Origin: Oligoflexia bacterium
GTDB lineage: Bacteria > Bdellovibrionota_C > UBA2361 > SZUA-149 > DAOLCO01
Assembly (NCBI GenBank): GCA_035327825.1
Contig: DAOLCO010000013.1
Coordinates: forward strand, 8,033 to 72,032
DNA: 64,000 nucleotides
Direction of reading: 5' to 3'
Numbering within the stretch: the stretch's first letter is position 1; each line of letters begins with the position of its first letter. Under the pieces are notes generated by a model that saw only the letters and a program-made list of their open reading frames with translations, did not search any database and had not been told where the DNA came from. The position numbers were made by a program, and so were the translations under genes. Positions 37,333-45,962 of the stretch are shown piece after piece.

Positions 37333-37568
37333 TGTTTGCTTCCTCCTGTTCTTTCAGCCGTAATTAGACATATCAAATCAATTGTAAGCATTTCACCGAT
37401 TTCCTCATCGGTAAAACGAATTTCGAATTCCTCTTCTAGGGCGTTTACAAGATTCATGTGATTGAGAGAGTCCCATGTGTCAATTGAATCAGGGGAACAG
37501 GATCCGGAAATTTCATCAATTGGTACTGCAAAAACAATTGACGCAATTTTTCTAATCTTATCATTCAT
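37329..37568 (-). CDS. Acyl carrier protein
   Basis: 79 aa, with the phosphopantetheine attachment motif DTWDSLNHMNLV. Overlaps both neighbouring genes. Confidence 0.8.
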   Translation of the reverse strand: MNDKIRKIASIVFAVPIDEISGSCSPDSIDTWDSLNHMNLVNALEEEFEIRFTDEEIGEMLTIDLICLITAERTGGSKQ

Positions 37569-39282
37569 ATTCTACCATTATATAATCAAGATGTCTCGGT
37601 TTATATTCTTTTAGGCTGATCTGGTATAAAGTTGATTGACTCTTTGATCCATTGTTTGAAAATCCAAGATTGTCATAAAAGTTTTCTACCTGACTATTTT
37701 TTTTTGTGGGAATATATTCAGCAAGCAGGTTGGAAATTCCAAGTTTTGAAATATCTTCAATGACAGAGTCAAAGAAGGCGAATTCAAAATTACGACCTAT
37801 AACACGGCAGCTCATCAGGAAAGTATCAATTTGAGCAATGTTGCTATCAATTTTTATCAATGAAAGCCCGGTTATACCTGAACTACCAAGACGATCTCCG
37901 GATTCAAAGGCATACATCAGCCATTCACTGCTGTATAACATTGTAGTTAGTTCTGCTTCAGTATAGCGTCGTGTAGTAAGATTGAATTGATTTGTCTTTT
38001 GGGTCAGCTGGGCCATTCTTGGCAATATATCCGGTTTGTTTTTGTAGAAACGTATTCGAAGTTCTAATGATCTGAGAAAACTCTCAATTGACTCGAAAGA
38101 TGATTTGAGATCTTTTCTTTTTGCTTCTTCCAGGTAGAATTTGGAACGTAAGAGATCTTCTTCTGTCCCGTTTGTAGAGAAAAAATCACATGATAATTTG
38201 GTCATAAATTGCGGATATTTACTGAGATCTTTTGGAACTAGCGCCACTGTAACGTCCTCAAGTACGCTTTTTACCCGATTAATTTCAAATTCAGAATCAT
38301 CAACAAAAACAATGCTATCGAGTCCAATATTAAGCTCATCTGCAATCTGGCTGATATTTTTGGCTTTATCGTCCCAGTTGATCTTTTTTATAACAAAGTC
38401 ATCATATGTTAAAGGCATCTCCAGTTTTGAAAAAATCTCCTCAACATCCGAACTATTATTTTTTGAACAGAGACATAGAAGAACTCCTGAATTTTTCAGC
38501 TTCAAGATGAAATTTTGAACTTCTTTAAAAATTCTGCCGGTTGAATCTTCCCCACTTATTTTAATTCCACTAATTCCATCTTCGCCTGCTATCCCACCCC
38601 AGATAGTATTGTCACAGTCCAGAATTAGCGCTTTTTTTGCCAGTCCAAGTGAGGCTTTTAAAATTGGACGGATGTGCTCAGCATATTCTTTGTAAAACCT
38701 TGAAGAATAGAGAATCTTTGAAGAATAATAGTCCCTCGTGTTGAATGATTCATTAACTGATATTTGGGATATTATCTTGTCAAGATCAACCAGTGAAAAA
38801 TTATCAGGTTTTCGTTCTCTTATATAGGAGTTCAAAAGGGTGCCAATTTCTTCTGCCTTTGTTCTTGCAGGTATGTGAGCTGTAAATAACATTGCTGAAA
38901 ACTGATTCATGATAACCAGCTTTGAGCTCCTAAGTGTATCAAAGAGATGATCTATCCAGGATTTTACTCTAAGGATAAGTGCTTCAGACTCTGAGTTGCT
39001 TAAAAGTTCTATTCGATGCTGGAAGCCATCAATGATATTTGTTAATTCCCAGAATATTATCAGGCATGATTTGTCTTTGTAAATCTCGGCATCTTGAAGT
39101 ATGGTGTCGTAGTTTGCACTTATTGCCTTGGCATTTACCCCTAAGTTTCTCAACTCAAATTCAATATAGGGTTCAATCTGACTAATTGTAATATTGGAAA
39201 GAAGAGCAATAGTATAAGGCTCTTTTTCCTTAAGAGATGATTCCAATTCCCGGTTTTTTTCTAGTAATTCCGTAAGCTTCAT
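37561..39282 (-). CDS. FkbH-like HAD-superfamily (subfamily IIIC) protein with a C-terminal GNAT-like domain
   Basis: HAD motif I LILDCDNTIWGG, then LCSKNN and FVDDSEFE. The C-terminal third (FLMSCRVIGRNFEFAFF...) is as in FkbH-like enzymes. Confidence 0.75.
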   Translation of the reverse strand: MKLTELLEKNRELESSLKEKEPYTIALLSNITISQIEPYIEFELRNLGVNAKAISANYDTILQDAEIYKDKSCLIIFWELTNIIDGFQHRIELLSNSESEALILRVKSWIDHLFDTLRSSKLVIMNQFSAMLFTAHIPARTKAEEIGTLLNSYIRERKPDNFSLVDLDKIISQISVNESFNTRDYYSSKILYSSRFYKEYAEHIRPILKASLGLAKKALILDCDNTIWGGIAGEDGISGIKISGEDSTGRIFKEVQNFILKLKNSGVLLCLCSKNNSSDVEEIFSKLEMPLTYDDFVIKKINWDDKAKNISQIADELNIGLDSIVFVDDSEFEINRVKSVLEDVTVALVPKDLSKYPQFMTKLSCDFFSTNGTEEDLLRSKFYLEEAKRKDLKSSFESIESFLRSLELRIRFYKNKPDILPRMAQLTQKTNQFNLTTRRYTEAELTTMLYSSEWLMYAFESGDRLGSSGITGLSLIKIDSNIAQIDTFLMSCRVIGRNFEFAFFDSVIEDISKLGISNLLAEYIPTKKNSQVENFYDNLGFSNNGSKSQSTLYQISLKEYKPRHLDYIMVEYE

Positions 39283-39288
39283 TTATTG

Positions 39289-40479
39289 TTAAACCATCGA
39301 AAAACCGCCATTAACCCTGATCGTTTCACCTGTAATAAAACTGCTTTGAGTTCCAAGAAATGTGATTACTTTGGCAATATCCTGCGGTGAGGCAAGCCTT
39401 TTTAATGGGGTTTTTGCCGCCATTAGGAGTCTGTATTTTTCAGGTATGTCAGCAATGAGGTCAGTGTCTGTCATTCCAGGTGATACAATATTTACTTCGA
39501 TATTAAATGGAGCACATTCAATTGCCAGTGATTTTGCAAGTCCAATCAGGGCGTGTTTGCCAGTTACATAATGAAGTAGATTTGCAGGGGGAGCTGAGTC
39601 TGTATAGGCAGTAGAGAGAAATATAATTTTTCCATTTTTTCGCTCTTTCATTCGGGGAAGAAGATGCTTCATGAGCATAAAATTTGATTTAATATTTACG
39701 TCAAGCTGTTTTGAAATATCGTTCCAGTCCAGCGATTTTAATTCTATGGCGTGAATGCTTGTAGTTGAGCAGTTCGCAAATAGAGTAATGGGCCCTAGTC
39801 TTGTTTCTACTTCGTTAAGAAGAGTTTCTAGAGAGGATTCGTCCAGTAGGTCTGCCTGGAGCATCATTCCTGTTTTGGAAGAGTTTTTGATTTGGGATAA
39901 TATCTTTTCTGCTTTTTCCCTGTTTTTATTGTAGTGTATTGCTACATCGTAGCCAGCTTCTGAAAGCATTATGGCAGTAGCAGAACCTATCCCCCCGGAG
40001 CCGCCTAGAACGAGAGCTACCTTTTTTGGAGGGGTTAGGTCGGAGAGCAAGTTATTTTCTGAAACTGCTTCTTCTATGACTTGAACCCTTGATTTTCCGG
40101 TAATGACCTTTTGCTTGTGCTGATTAAAAATCTCTGTTTCCAGCTCAATTATTTTATTTCTTTCATCCCTTGAAATCACTTTGGCATTAACCAGTATTGT
40201 GTCATCAATGCGAACGGGCAGAATAAATTCAAGGCTCTGGGAAAGCCATAATGCTCCGTCTCCTGGTATTTTGGTTCCAATAATTGTTGATATAAAGGAA
40301 GCACTTAACATGCCGTGAGCTACTGGTTTCTTAAAAGAAGTTCGGCTTGCAAAATCCTTGTCAGTGTGAATTTTATTGTCATCTCCGGTCAGATCTATGA
40401 ATCGGTCAATATCTTTTTCCGTTATAGTGTGACTGATTTGGGCTGTATCTCCAGTCTTGATTTCATCAAATCTGCTCAT
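39289..40479 (-). CDS. MaoC-like (hotdog) dehydratase fused to a short-chain dehydrogenase/reductase (FabG-like)
   Basis: N-terminal hotdog domain (FIDLTGDDNKIHTDKDFA...VAHGML). C-terminal SDR domain (LVLGGSGGIGSATA; YVTGKHAL = YxxxK; ITGETIRVNGG). Confidence 0.75.
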   Translation of the reverse strand: MSRFDEIKTGDTAQISHTITEKDIDRFIDLTGDDNKIHTDKDFASRTSFKKPVAHGMLSASFISTIIGTKIPGDGALWLSQSLEFILPVRIDDTILVNAKVISRDERNKIIELETEIFNQHKQKVITGKSRVQVIEEAVSENNLLSDLTPPKKVALVLGGSGGIGSATAIMLSEAGYDVAIHYNKNREKAEKILSQIKNSSKTGMMLQADLLDESSLETLLNEVETRLGPITLFANCSTTSIHAIELKSLDWNDISKQLDVNIKSNFMLMKHLLPRMKERKNGKIIFLSTAYTDSAPPANLLHYVTGKHALIGLAKSLAIECAPFNIEVNIVSPGMTDTDLIADIPEKYRLLMAAKTPLKRLASPQDIAKVITFLGTQSSFITGETIRVNGGFSMV

Positions 40480-40482
40480 GCT

Positions 40483-41052
40483 TTACTCACTTAAAATAAA
40501 TTCATCACTTAAAATGCTATATCGATAGGAGTCGTGATATGAGCCATTTTTAAAAATATCCATTCTTGATATTCCTTCTTCTTTGCAGCCAAGTGAGCGA
40601 CACATCAGTGTTACCAGTTCCTTTGACAAGCTGCCGCCATAAATTTTGTTCATATTTAAGGTTTTAAACGCATGTTTGAAAATAAGTCTGGCTGATTCCA
40701 GAAAAATTGAAATATTTCTGCCCTCTTTTTCTCCAATTACAATCGAGAATTCGCATTTTCTGTTAATATAATCAATTGCGTTAAGACTTACTATCCCAAG
40801 AAGGTTGTCGTTTCCGGTTTTGCATATTCCAAGTTGGAGTTTGTCTTTTGCGTCCTGTATATTGGATTCCCAGAATTTCAACTGGGACTCAACAGTGTTT
40901 GGAAAATAGTGTTTCTGTAAAGTTTTGCAGATTTCTTCATCGTTGAACCAGCCATACCATGGGCCATGCAGGACGTCTTCCCTTGTAAGAACGCGAAGGT
41001 CAACCACTTTTCCCCTAATGAATATATTGCGTGAATCAGGCTGGTTTTTCAT
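40483..41052 (-). CDS. GNAT-family N-acyltransferase (RimJ/RimL-like)
   Basis: LRVLTREDV...WFND, and a GNAT core (IGEKEGRNISIFLESARLIFKHAFKTLNMNKIY). Confidence 0.7.
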   Translation of the reverse strand: MKNQPDSRNIFIRGKVVDLRVLTREDVLHGPWYGWFNDEEICKTLQKHYFPNTVESQLKFWESNIQDAKDKLQLGICKTGNDNLLGIVSLNAIDYINRKCEFSIVIGEKEGRNISIFLESARLIFKHAFKTLNMNKIYGGSLSKELVTLMCRSLGCKEEGISRMDIFKNGSYHDSYRYSILSDEFILSE

Positions 41053-41120
41053 ATACTATTTAGATGCAGTTATTAACTTAAAGCATTTAAGATTAGGGGG
41101 TGAGAACTTTTTGTAAGGAC

Positions 41121-41304
41121 CTAGCCCGCATTATTCATGATCCACCTACTGCGAGAGGCGATTGCTTAATTTTTCTGGCACTTTGCACCTTTTTTCGACC
41201 TCAATGTGCCTCGGCACACTGTCGACCGAAAAAAAGCACAAAGCACCAGCAAAATCAAACACTCACCTCTCTCGTGACTGAGTCTCATGAATAACGCGGG
41301 CTAG
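41121..41304 (+). mobile_element. MITE-like element A, copy 2 (184 bp, 20-bp terminal inverted repeats)
   Basis: CTAGCCCGCATTATTCATGA (41121-41140) versus the reverse complement of TCATGAATAACGCGGGCTAG (41285-41304) matches at 19 of 20 positions. It sits between two co-directional genes of the minus-strand sugar operon. Confidence 0.8.
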
Positions 41305-41376
41305 CAGTGCCATATTATCATGTTGCTGATATTAATGCTTTTATTTGTTTTATTTGAAGCTACAACGCTAGATTAG

Positions 41377-42387
41377 TCAGGAATTAAAAAAACATGCCAT
41401 GCTTTCCTCGTTGACAAGCGTTCCTATTTCTTTGTCTTTTAGTGGGTCATTTTCCCTGTTTACTATATATCTCAAAACCTGAGGCCCTATAATTGTCGCT
41501 TCAGTTAGAATATTAGAAAAAAACCCAAGAACAATATCACAGTAATGAACCAGAGGAATCAGATCCATTCCTGAAGGTAGTACCGTTACTGGAGTATTAT
41601 TTAAGCAAGAAAGTAAAAGTGGAAGATTCTGATTTGGATGTGGAGCGAGTACAAAGTGGTGTGTTTCTGAGTATTGATTAAAAAGAGGTAGAAAAGATTT
41701 TGTTGCTGTGAATTCGTCAAATCCTGATTTAACTTTAAGTCCACTTATATTAGAAATGGGATCTGGCGCATAAAGCACAATTTTTCGATTATCCAGGGGG
41801 ATGCCGTATTCAAGTAAAACTTCAATTTTACTTTTGTGTGGGTGCCATTTTTTTGCTTTAAGAGATTCAAGATATGGATTCGGGAATATTTTCAGTTGCT
41901 CTTCACTTACTCCTTCGTATATTGCGGCATTAAATATATCATTGTCAGATACGAGAATGTAATCAGGATAAATGTATTCTCCTTCAAGTAAAAATCTGTT
42001 TTTAATTTCCATGCTATGATCTACAAATGAATAGGTAGGTACTCCAAGAGATTTAGCCTCCCTGACAAACTGACGTTCCAATGTTGATTTATAAGATGTG
42101 CCCGTAAATACAAAATCAGGCTTGAAGTTTAGAATCTCCATTTTGAATATGGAAGGAGGTTTTACCGGGTTGATTTTAAATATTTTGAGGAATGCATATT
42201 CACGATCAGAAAAAACACGAAATTCATTAAGGTAGTTTGAGAGTTCGAGCGCTAATGAGCAAACAGGCTTTGCTCCTCCTGGGTCGCTATATATAAAAAT
42301 CCCACGATTTTTATATAAAGTTTCAATTTTAAAACTGTTATCTTTTATGATTGGTTGACTGATGTTGTTTAGATATTCTCTAGGCAC
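41377..42387 (-). CDS. GT-B-fold-like protein of unknown function (possible PseG-type nucleotide-sugar hydrolase/transferase)
   Basis: Overlaps the pseB stop by 8 nt. Two Rossmann-like halves can be guessed (IFIYSDPGGAKPVCSLALEL...; IVLYAPDP...VLAPHPNQ...). The canonical PseG GxGH motif is absent. Confidence 0.3.
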   Translation of the reverse strand: MPREYLNNISQPIIKDNSFKIETLYKNRGIFIYSDPGGAKPVCSLALELSNYLNEFRVFSDREYAFLKIFKINPVKPPSIFKMEILNFKPDFVFTGTSYKSTLERQFVREAKSLGVPTYSFVDHSMEIKNRFLLEGEYIYPDYILVSDNDIFNAAIYEGVSEEQLKIFPNPYLESLKAKKWHPHKSKIEVLLEYGIPLDNRKIVLYAPDPISNISGLKVKSGFDEFTATKSFLPLFNQYSETHHFVLAPHPNQNLPLLLSCLNNTPVTVLPSGMDLIPLVHYCDIVLGFFSNILTEATIIGPQVLRYIVNRENDPLKDKEIGTLVNEESMACFFNS

Positions 42388-43429
42388 AAGAGCGCTCTTT
42401 CTCTAGGCAGTATTGCTTGATTAGATTTCTAAGACTATCAACGGTCTCCCATTGTGTATTGTTATCAGATCGGTAGTTAAAGCCCTCAGGTACTTTTTTT
42501 GCTTCGAATGAGCTTATATGATCTGAAAATTTTCTATCATTTCCGCCCGGATAGATTATGTAATAGTTTCCGAAGTCATATGTGTTAAATGAATCAGAAG
42601 GCGAAATCATTTCTTCATGAATTTTTTCGCCTGGTCTGGTTCCAATTACAGGCTTTTCGCACTCCGGACCAATGGCTTCTGCAACATCAAGAATTTTGTA
42701 TGACGGTATTTTTGGTACAAATAGTTCTCCACCGAGAGCCTGTTCCAATGCAAGAAGTACCATTTTTACTCCAGCCGTTAGAGTAATATTGAACCTTGTC
42801 ATTTGAGAGTTTGTAATAGGAAGTATTCCTTCTTTTTTTTTCTTTAGGAAAAAGGGTATTACTGAGCCATTTGAACCCAGGACATTTCCGTATCTGACTA
42901 CTGAAAATCGAACCTGTTCCTTCCCCTTAAATGTATTGGCGGCAATAAAAAGTTTATCGGAGGCAAGTTTAGTTGCGCCATATAAATTTACCGGTGAGCA
43001 TGCTTTGTCTGTTGAAAGTGCAACAACTCTGCTGACTTTCGCGGATAGTGCAGAGTGTATTACATTCTCTGCTCCGCCAATATTCGTTTTTACACATTCA
43101 TCAGGATTGTATTCTGCAATATGAACATGTTTCATGGCTGCTGCATGAATTACAAAATCAATATTATTAAAGGCTCTTTTTAGACGATCCCGATCCCTTA
43201 CGTCGCCAATGAAAAATCTTATTTGAGGAAACTTTTCAGAGGGATAAATCTGAGACATTTCAAACTGCTTCTGTTCGTCTCTTGAGAAGATTACAAGTCG
43301 TTTGATGGTCGGGCAGTTTTTAAGCAGGTATTCTGTTAGTGCCTTTCCGAAGGAACCAGTTCCGCCAGTTATTAGAATAGACTTTTCATGAAGAAAAGAG
43401 TGATCAATTTTAATTGACTCTGCGTCCAT
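42380..43429 (-). CDS. pseB: UDP-N-acetylglucosamine 4,6-dehydratase (inverting), PseB/FlaA1 family
   Basis: ILITGGTGSFGKAL, FSRDEQKQFEM, RFFIGDVRDRDRL, IHAAAMKHVHIAEYNPDECVKTNIGGAENV, and YGATKLASDKLF (YxxxK). Confidence 0.85.
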   Translation of the reverse strand: MDAESIKIDHSFLHEKSILITGGTGSFGKALTEYLLKNCPTIKRLVIFSRDEQKQFEMSQIYPSEKFPQIRFFIGDVRDRDRLKRAFNNIDFVIHAAAMKHVHIAEYNPDECVKTNIGGAENVIHSALSAKVSRVVALSTDKACSPVNLYGATKLASDKLFIAANTFKGKEQVRFSVVRYGNVLGSNGSVIPFFLKKKKEGILPITNSQMTRFNITLTAGVKMVLLALEQALGGELFVPKIPSYKILDVAEAIGPECEKPVIGTRPGEKIHEEMISPSDSFNTYDFGNYYIIYPGGNDRKFSDHISSFEAKKVPEGFNYRSDNNTQWETVDSLRNLIKQYCLEKERSCA

Positions 43430-43803
43430 TTTTGATCCTTAAAATTAACCCCTTATAAGCTAATAGTAACAGTGATTAAGATGCAAAAACAGACATATCA
43501 GTTCTATTAAATTGGATTAGGTTTTATCAAAATAAATGGCTTGTATAGGTAAATTCAAGGAGTCGAAATTATAGAGTAAATTACTTGATTCGGGGTATTG
43601 ATTTATCTCATAACTAATTGGGTTTGCCTGGCTGGTTAGAGGGAAGTAAGAAGATATTTTAACTTCATTTGGGAGTCCATATTCCTCTAAAAAGGATGGA
43701 GAAAAACCGATAAAGCCCATCAATAATGCTGCCATCTTGAACCCCAAGTTAGATAATCAAGTTAGATAATCCTCAAAGTCTGTTCCAAAGTCTATAAGTC
43801 AAT

Positions 43804-44040
43804 CTAACTTTTACCAATTGAATCACTTTTTACCAGTGTGCAGGTTTCTGATTCTGTATCAAAGAATATTAAAACGGAACCTTTGTCGATCTGCTGTCTG
43901 ACCTGGCCAATCTTTTCTTCAATAGTAAATTCAGTCATGCCATAATCTGTACCATCGCGAAGAATAAAGTCCTTTATAATCCCAAGAAGAGCCTCCGAAC
44001 TCAAGTCCTTTTGGTCAATTGGTATTCCATTTTCTGTCAT
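43804..44040 (-). CDS. YheU-family (UPF0270) protein
   Basis: LSSEALLGIIKDFILRDGTDYG...EEKIGQVRQQIDKGSVLIFFD parallels E. coli YheU. Confidence 0.7.
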   Translation of the reverse strand: MTENGIPIDQKDLSSEALLGIIKDFILRDGTDYGMTEFTIEEKIGQVRQQIDKGSVLIFFDTESETCTLVKSDSIGKS

Positions 44041-44152
44041 TGGCTATAATATCAAGAGGTTAGTGCTTGTTTGATTTGTAAAGGTATTAAATTTAGAATG
44101 AAATAGACTCCAAATTGAATTAACCACAAAAAATTTATAAATCTTACACGAT

Positions 44153-44479
44153 ATGAGCGTCAACAAAAAGTTGTCACCAAACAAACCACTAACCCCAGAA
44201 CAAAGAAAATTTCTAAGCGGACTTGCTCATTCAATAAAGCCGAGCGTATTAGTCGGTAAAGACGGCCTTTGTGATGGTCTGATGAAGGAAATTTCAAACG
44301 CTATAAACTCCCATGAGCTGATAAAAATAAAATTCAATAAAAGTAAAGATAACAAGACAGAATTGCTTGATAGTATTTCTGAAAAACTTGGTATCCACCT
44401 TGTTGCTCAAATTGGTAATATCGGAATTCTCTTTCGACAAGCTGAAAAGACAGAAGACCGAAAAATAAAACTAAGGTAG
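44153..44479 (+). CDS. yhbY: YhbY-like CRM-domain RNA-binding protein (ribosome assembly)
   Basis: LTPEQRKFLSGLAHSIKPSVLVGKDGL...HELIKIKF...VAQIGNIGILFR matches the YhbY pattern. Confidence 0.8.
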   Translation: MSVNKKLSPNKPLTPEQRKFLSGLAHSIKPSVLVGKDGLCDGLMKEISNAINSHELIKIKFNKSKDNKTELLDSISEKLGIHLVAQIGNIGILFRQAEKTEDRKIKLR

Positions 44480-44534
44480 TAAACTCGCACCCTTTTAATC
44501 TAATAGTTGTAGTTAAATAAAGTAGGCAAAGCAT

Positions 44535-44948
44535 ATGTCAAATTGCAAGAAAAATTCACCAGAAGATGAAATGCTTACCACTCGCGGGCTCAAAAACCCA
44601 AAAGTAATTGATCTTATTCGAGCCGAGCCCGGAAAAAAAGAAACTAAACCAATTGAACAGAATATTCAGTCAGTTGTTCTATACATGATCGAGGATCGCC
44701 CCTGGTCAGATTCTCATGATCACTTCAGTCAACTATCAGAAAAATTCAATAACTACCTTGATTTTGTTGTTGATGGCTGGCTATTCAAACAATATCCACA
44801 ATATAAGGGATGTAGCGTCATCATAGAACTTTGCCTTTCTGATTCTAAAGCCTCAGAAAATTTTAAGAGAATGTCTGAAGAATTAAAAAGTTTTGCTTCA
44901 AGATATCAAATAACTTTTAGATATTCCTGCGGATTTACGGATTTTTAA
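44535..44948 (+). CDS. Hypothetical protein (137 aa)
   Basis: ORF only; no recognisable motif. Confidence 0.45.
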   Translation: MSNCKKNSPEDEMLTTRGLKNPKVIDLIRAEPGKKETKPIEQNIQSVVLYMIEDRPWSDSHDHFSQLSEKFNNYLDFVVDGWLFKQYPQYKGCSVIIELCLSDSKASENFKRMSEELKSFASRYQITFRYSCGFTDF

Positions 44949-44979
44949 TTATTAAATTGTACTTAAGGGAATTGTTAAA

Positions 44980-45942
44980 GTGCCTGGTGCTCATCAATTT
45001 ATTGAAGCTGGAATATCACTTCTCAAAAGCGGAAACTATGAAGGCGCAGAACCATATTTTCTTGAGGCACTAAGGATTTTGCCATCTTCTGCAAGAGCTC
45101 TGGTTGGCGCGGGTGCAATAAAGGCAAGAAAGGGTCTAAAATATGATGCGCTTAGAGATTTTTATGTGGCTCTCAGCATTAATGGAGCTAGTCAAAGTTT
45201 AAGAGATTTAATTAGGGACGAACTTTTTTCTGATATATTTAGGGATTTAGTACGGCCTGAGGATTTAAATAATGAAATTATTTCCGATGATCTGAGAGAA
45301 TTAAAAAAATTAATATCTCATAATTTTTTATTATCAAAATCTGATATTTCAGACGTAAATGATCGCACCAGTTTTATAAATTATCTGATAACTGAATTTA
45401 GTTATAAAAAATATCTGGAAATTGGATGTCATGATAATCAGAATTTTGATCTTGTCTTAGCCCCTTACAAGATAGGGGTAGATCCCGTTTGCGGTGGAAA
45501 TATTCGATTATCAAGTGATGATTATTTTGCACTGTCATCAGATAACTTTGATATTATTTTTATTGATGGCCTTCACCATTCTGAGCAGGTTTTAAAAGAC
45601 GCAAGAAATGCCCTTTCCAGATTAAATAAAGGAGGAGTAATTCTACTTCATGATTGCAATCCTCGTCTGGAAATCCATCAATCTCGGAAGCCCTTGGATT
45701 ATATCTGGAATGGGGATGTATGGAAGGCCTTTATAGAACTAAGAAAAGATCAAACGCTTGATGCTCGTGTTGCAGATTTTGATCATGGTATCGGTGTCTT
45801 GAAAATGGCTGATAATACTTTGCCTCTCGATATTATCAAGAACTATATTGATCTTTCCTTTTCTGAACTTCAGGAAAACATTGAATCCTGGCTTCGACCA
45901 GGTAATGCTTCAGAAATTCTAAGGTGGCTTTCGGGTTCATGA
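44980..45942 (+). CDS. TPR-like N-terminus fused to a class I SAM-dependent methyltransferase (Methyltransf_24-like)
   Basis: N-terminal helical repeat (GNYEGAEPYFLEALRILPSSARALVGAG). C-terminal YLEIGCHDN and IIFIDGLHHSEQVLKDARNALSRLNKGGVILLHDCNP. GTG start. Confidence 0.6.
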   Translation: MPGAHQFIEAGISLLKSGNYEGAEPYFLEALRILPSSARALVGAGAIKARKGLKYDALRDFYVALSINGASQSLRDLIRDELFSDIFRDLVRPEDLNNEIISDDLRELKKLISHNFLLSKSDISDVNDRTSFINYLITEFSYKKYLEIGCHDNQNFDLVLAPYKIGVDPVCGGNIRLSSDDYFALSSDNFDIIFIDGLHHSEQVLKDARNALSRLNKGGVILLHDCNPRLEIHQSRKPLDYIWNGDVWKAFIELRKDQTLDARVADFDHGIGVLKMADNTLPLDIIKNYIDLSFSELQENIESWLRPGNASEILRWLSGS

Positions 45943-45962
45943 GCATATTTTTTGCCCTGTTT

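Noticed and set aside
41165-41190. TGGCAC-TTTGCA inside the MITE as a sigma-54 promoter
   Set aside because: The GG-to-GC spacing is too short for the -24/-12 consensus.
43517-43747. ORF 43517..43747(-) (76 aa) as a gene
   Set aside because: There is no RBS or motif, and it lies in the pseB upstream spacer. Coding status is unsupported.
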